Assembly (NCBI GenBank): GCA_046346665.1
Contig: JAXMHQ010000001.1
Span: 131,896 to 195,895, forward strand
Direction: 5' to 3'
DNA length: 64,000 nt
From: Verrucomicrobiota bacterium
GTDB taxonomy: Bacteria > Verrucomicrobiota > Verrucomicrobiia > Limisphaerales > JAXMHQ01
Part shown: one piece after another, positions 62,739 through 64,000 of the stretch
How the letters are laid out: each line of letters opens with the position of its first letter
How positions within the stretch are numbered: position 1 is the first letter of the stretch
Notes under the pieces: model-generated
Databases searched by the model: none
Told to the model about the DNA's origin: nothing
What the model saw: the letters and a program-made list of their open reading frames with translations, nothing else
Position numbers and translations under genes: made by a program

Positions 62739-63434
62739 ATGCTGAACGTCTCCAGTCTCTCGGTTTCCTACGACGGCTCCCGCATCCTCCGGGGCGTGGA
62801 CCTCGCCGTGCCCGAACGCAGCCTCGTCTGCCTCATGGGCCGCAACGGCGTCGGCAAAACCACCACGCTCAAATCCATTGTCGGCCTCGTCAAACCCGAC
62901 GCCGGATCCGTCCGGCTCGCGGGCGAGGAACTGGCGGGATTGCCCCCCGAGGAGCGCGCCCGACGCGGGCTCGGTTATGTGCCGCAGGGACGCGACATCT
63001 TTCCGCACCTCACCGTCTGGGAAAACCTGAAAATCGGCCTGCTCGTGCGGGGCACGCGCCCCAACGGACAGGTGGACCGGGTCCTCGAACTCTTTCCCGT
63101 GCTCAAAGACATGCTTCAGCGCAAAGGCGGCGTGCTCAGCGGCGGCCAGCAACAGCAACTCGCCATCGCCCGCGCCCTGCTCACGGATCCCAAGGTGCTC
63201 ATCCTCGACGAACCCACCGAAGGCATCCAGCCCAACATCATCGACCAGATCGGCGACACCCTGCTCAAGATCAAGGGCGAAGGCCGGCTCAGCATCCTGC
63301 TGGTGGAACAATACCTCGATTTCTGCCGCTCCATCGGCGACAGCTTCTTTATCATGGACCGCGGCGCCGTCGTCGCCAGCGGCCCCATCGGCGGCCTCAA
63401 CGAGGAAACCGTCCGGCAACACCTGACCGTTTAG
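62739..63434 (+). CDS. urtE: urea ABC transporter ATP-binding protein UrtE
   Basis: Walker A GRNGVGKTT, signature LSGGQQQQLAIARAL, Walker B ILILDEP. ATG 62739; the upstream ORF-track residues are encoded by a palindromic repeat. Confidence 0.9.
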   Translation: MLNVSSLSVSYDGSRILRGVDLAVPERSLVCLMGRNGVGKTTTLKSIVGLVKPDAGSVRLAGEELAGLPPEERARRGLGYVPQGRDIFPHLTVWENLKIGLLVRGTRPNGQVDRVLELFPVLKDMLQRKGGVLSGGQQQQLAIARALLTDPKVLILDEPTEGIQPNIIDQIGDTLLKIKGEGRLSILLVEQYLDFCRSIGDSFFIMDRGAVVASGPIGGLNEETVRQHLTV

Positions 63435-63460
63435 CCATTCACGGTTTGCGGCGAAGAAAC

Positions 63461-63518
63461 GTCCGCAGTTTCCACAGATCTCGCAGAAAATCTGCGTCCG
63501 TCTGCGAAATCTGCGGAC
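63461..63518 (+). terminator. word-periodic hairpin (CGCAGA family) after the urtE stop; terminator-like
   Basis: gtccgcag-tttccacagatctcgcagaaaatctgcgtccgtctgcgaaat-ctgcggac. The outer 8-bp stem is perfect, with inner tctgcg/cgcaga words. Confidence 0.55.
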
Positions 63519-63694
63519 AAGTGCCCCCTGCCGCCTTGTAGTCACCCTGTTCAAATCCGCTCAGGCACCTGACCACTTCAGCGCACCTCCGCGCGACTCA
63601 ATTCAGTCGCCAACAATTTCCCGGCCGCTTGATTTTGCTTCCTGCCTCGCAAATGGAATCATTCGCCGGGCAGGAGCCACGGCCCGCAGCCTCG

Positions 63695-63710
63695 TGGCAC
63701 GTGCGCTGCT
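63695..63710 (+). promoter_or_regulatory. candidate sigma-54 (-24/-12) promoter upstream of the partial ORF at the window end
   Basis: TGGCACgtgcgCTGCT is a near-consensus match (TGGCACG-N4-TTGCW), ~190 nt upstream of ATG 63898. Confidence 0.5.
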
Positions 63711-63897
63711 CTCCAGCGCGCATGACCATCATCCTGACCTCGCGCGCGTCGCAGACGTTCGATGATCGTCGTTTCTTCCAGCGGCTCACGCTGATCGACA
63801 TCTGCTGCGGACCGCCGGACCGGGATTGATTTGCCGTCCGCGCCGGTTCGAACAATTCCCAACACCTTTAACGCAGTCAATCCCTGTTCCTGTACCT

Positions 63898-64000
63898 ATG
63901 GGTTTCGGTCATTCACATTCAAAGAAACGCCCCGCCCAACGCCGGGTCCGGTCGGTCACCCGCGAAGCGCAGCACGATCTCGCGCACCTGGAGGGCAAAG
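63898..64000 (+). CDS. possible 5' end of an unidentified gene (runs off window)
   Basis: ATG at 63898 opens a frame (MGFGHSHSKKRPAQRRVRSVTREAQHDLAHLEGK...) that stays open to the window end, ~190 nt downstream of a strong sigma-54-like promoter. No family recognised from 34 aa. Confidence 0.25.
   Translation, partial: MGFGHSHSKKRPAQRRVRSVTREAQHDLAHLEGK

Overview
High-GC (roughly 65% by eye) bacterial chromosomal segment. Gene content fits the PVC superphylum, most likely Verrucomicrobiota; this is an inference from DUF1080 proteins, Tat-signal Gfo/Idh/MocA oxidoreductases, a fused ccoNO and a TIGR03663-like membrane protein. I call about 59 protein-coding genes. I recognise no rRNA, tRNA, CRISPR array, transposase or integrase. 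Main blocks, in order: (1) heptose/LPS genes (GT9 heptosyltransferase, gmhB); (2) nikR plus an ECF-type nickel/cobalt importer (cbiM-PDGLE, cbiQ, cbiO); (3) guaB; (4) an exbB-exbD-tonB-like operon; (5) Rrf2 regulator, RpoD-family sigma factor and a tetR-MFP-RND efflux operon; (6) a lower-GC trio of J-domain membrane protein, membrane SGNH hydrolase and PLD-family protein; (7) two Tat-dependent Gfo/Idh/MocA oxidoreductases; (8) a complete 8.5-kb cbb3 oxidase cluster (ccoI-ccoS-ccoNO-ccoQ-ccoP-ccoG-fixH-DsbD_2); (9) glgC, a CBM48 protein and fba; (10) a sigma-54 enhancer-binding response regulator and an orphan pilC; (11) two paralogous porins and urtABCDE. The most unusual content is non-coding. 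Almost every intergenic gap holds an inverted repeat whose arms are 3-4 tandem degenerate copies of a 7-9 nt word. There are about 11 word families at about 18 loci, usually starting right after a stop codon. Several genes or gene pairs sit between duplicated or orphan arms: a GxxExxY gene, the sigma-54 activator, and the pilC-porin pair. This suggests the hairpins are insertion or recombination sites. Other repeats are a 91-bp structured element present twice at 100% identity, and a 38-bp palindrome in the intercistronic gaps of the nickel and urea ABC operons. Candidate sigma-54 promoters precede both porins, urtA and a partial ORF at the window end. All calls rest on reading the sequence and the ORF translations by eye; no searches or computations were run.
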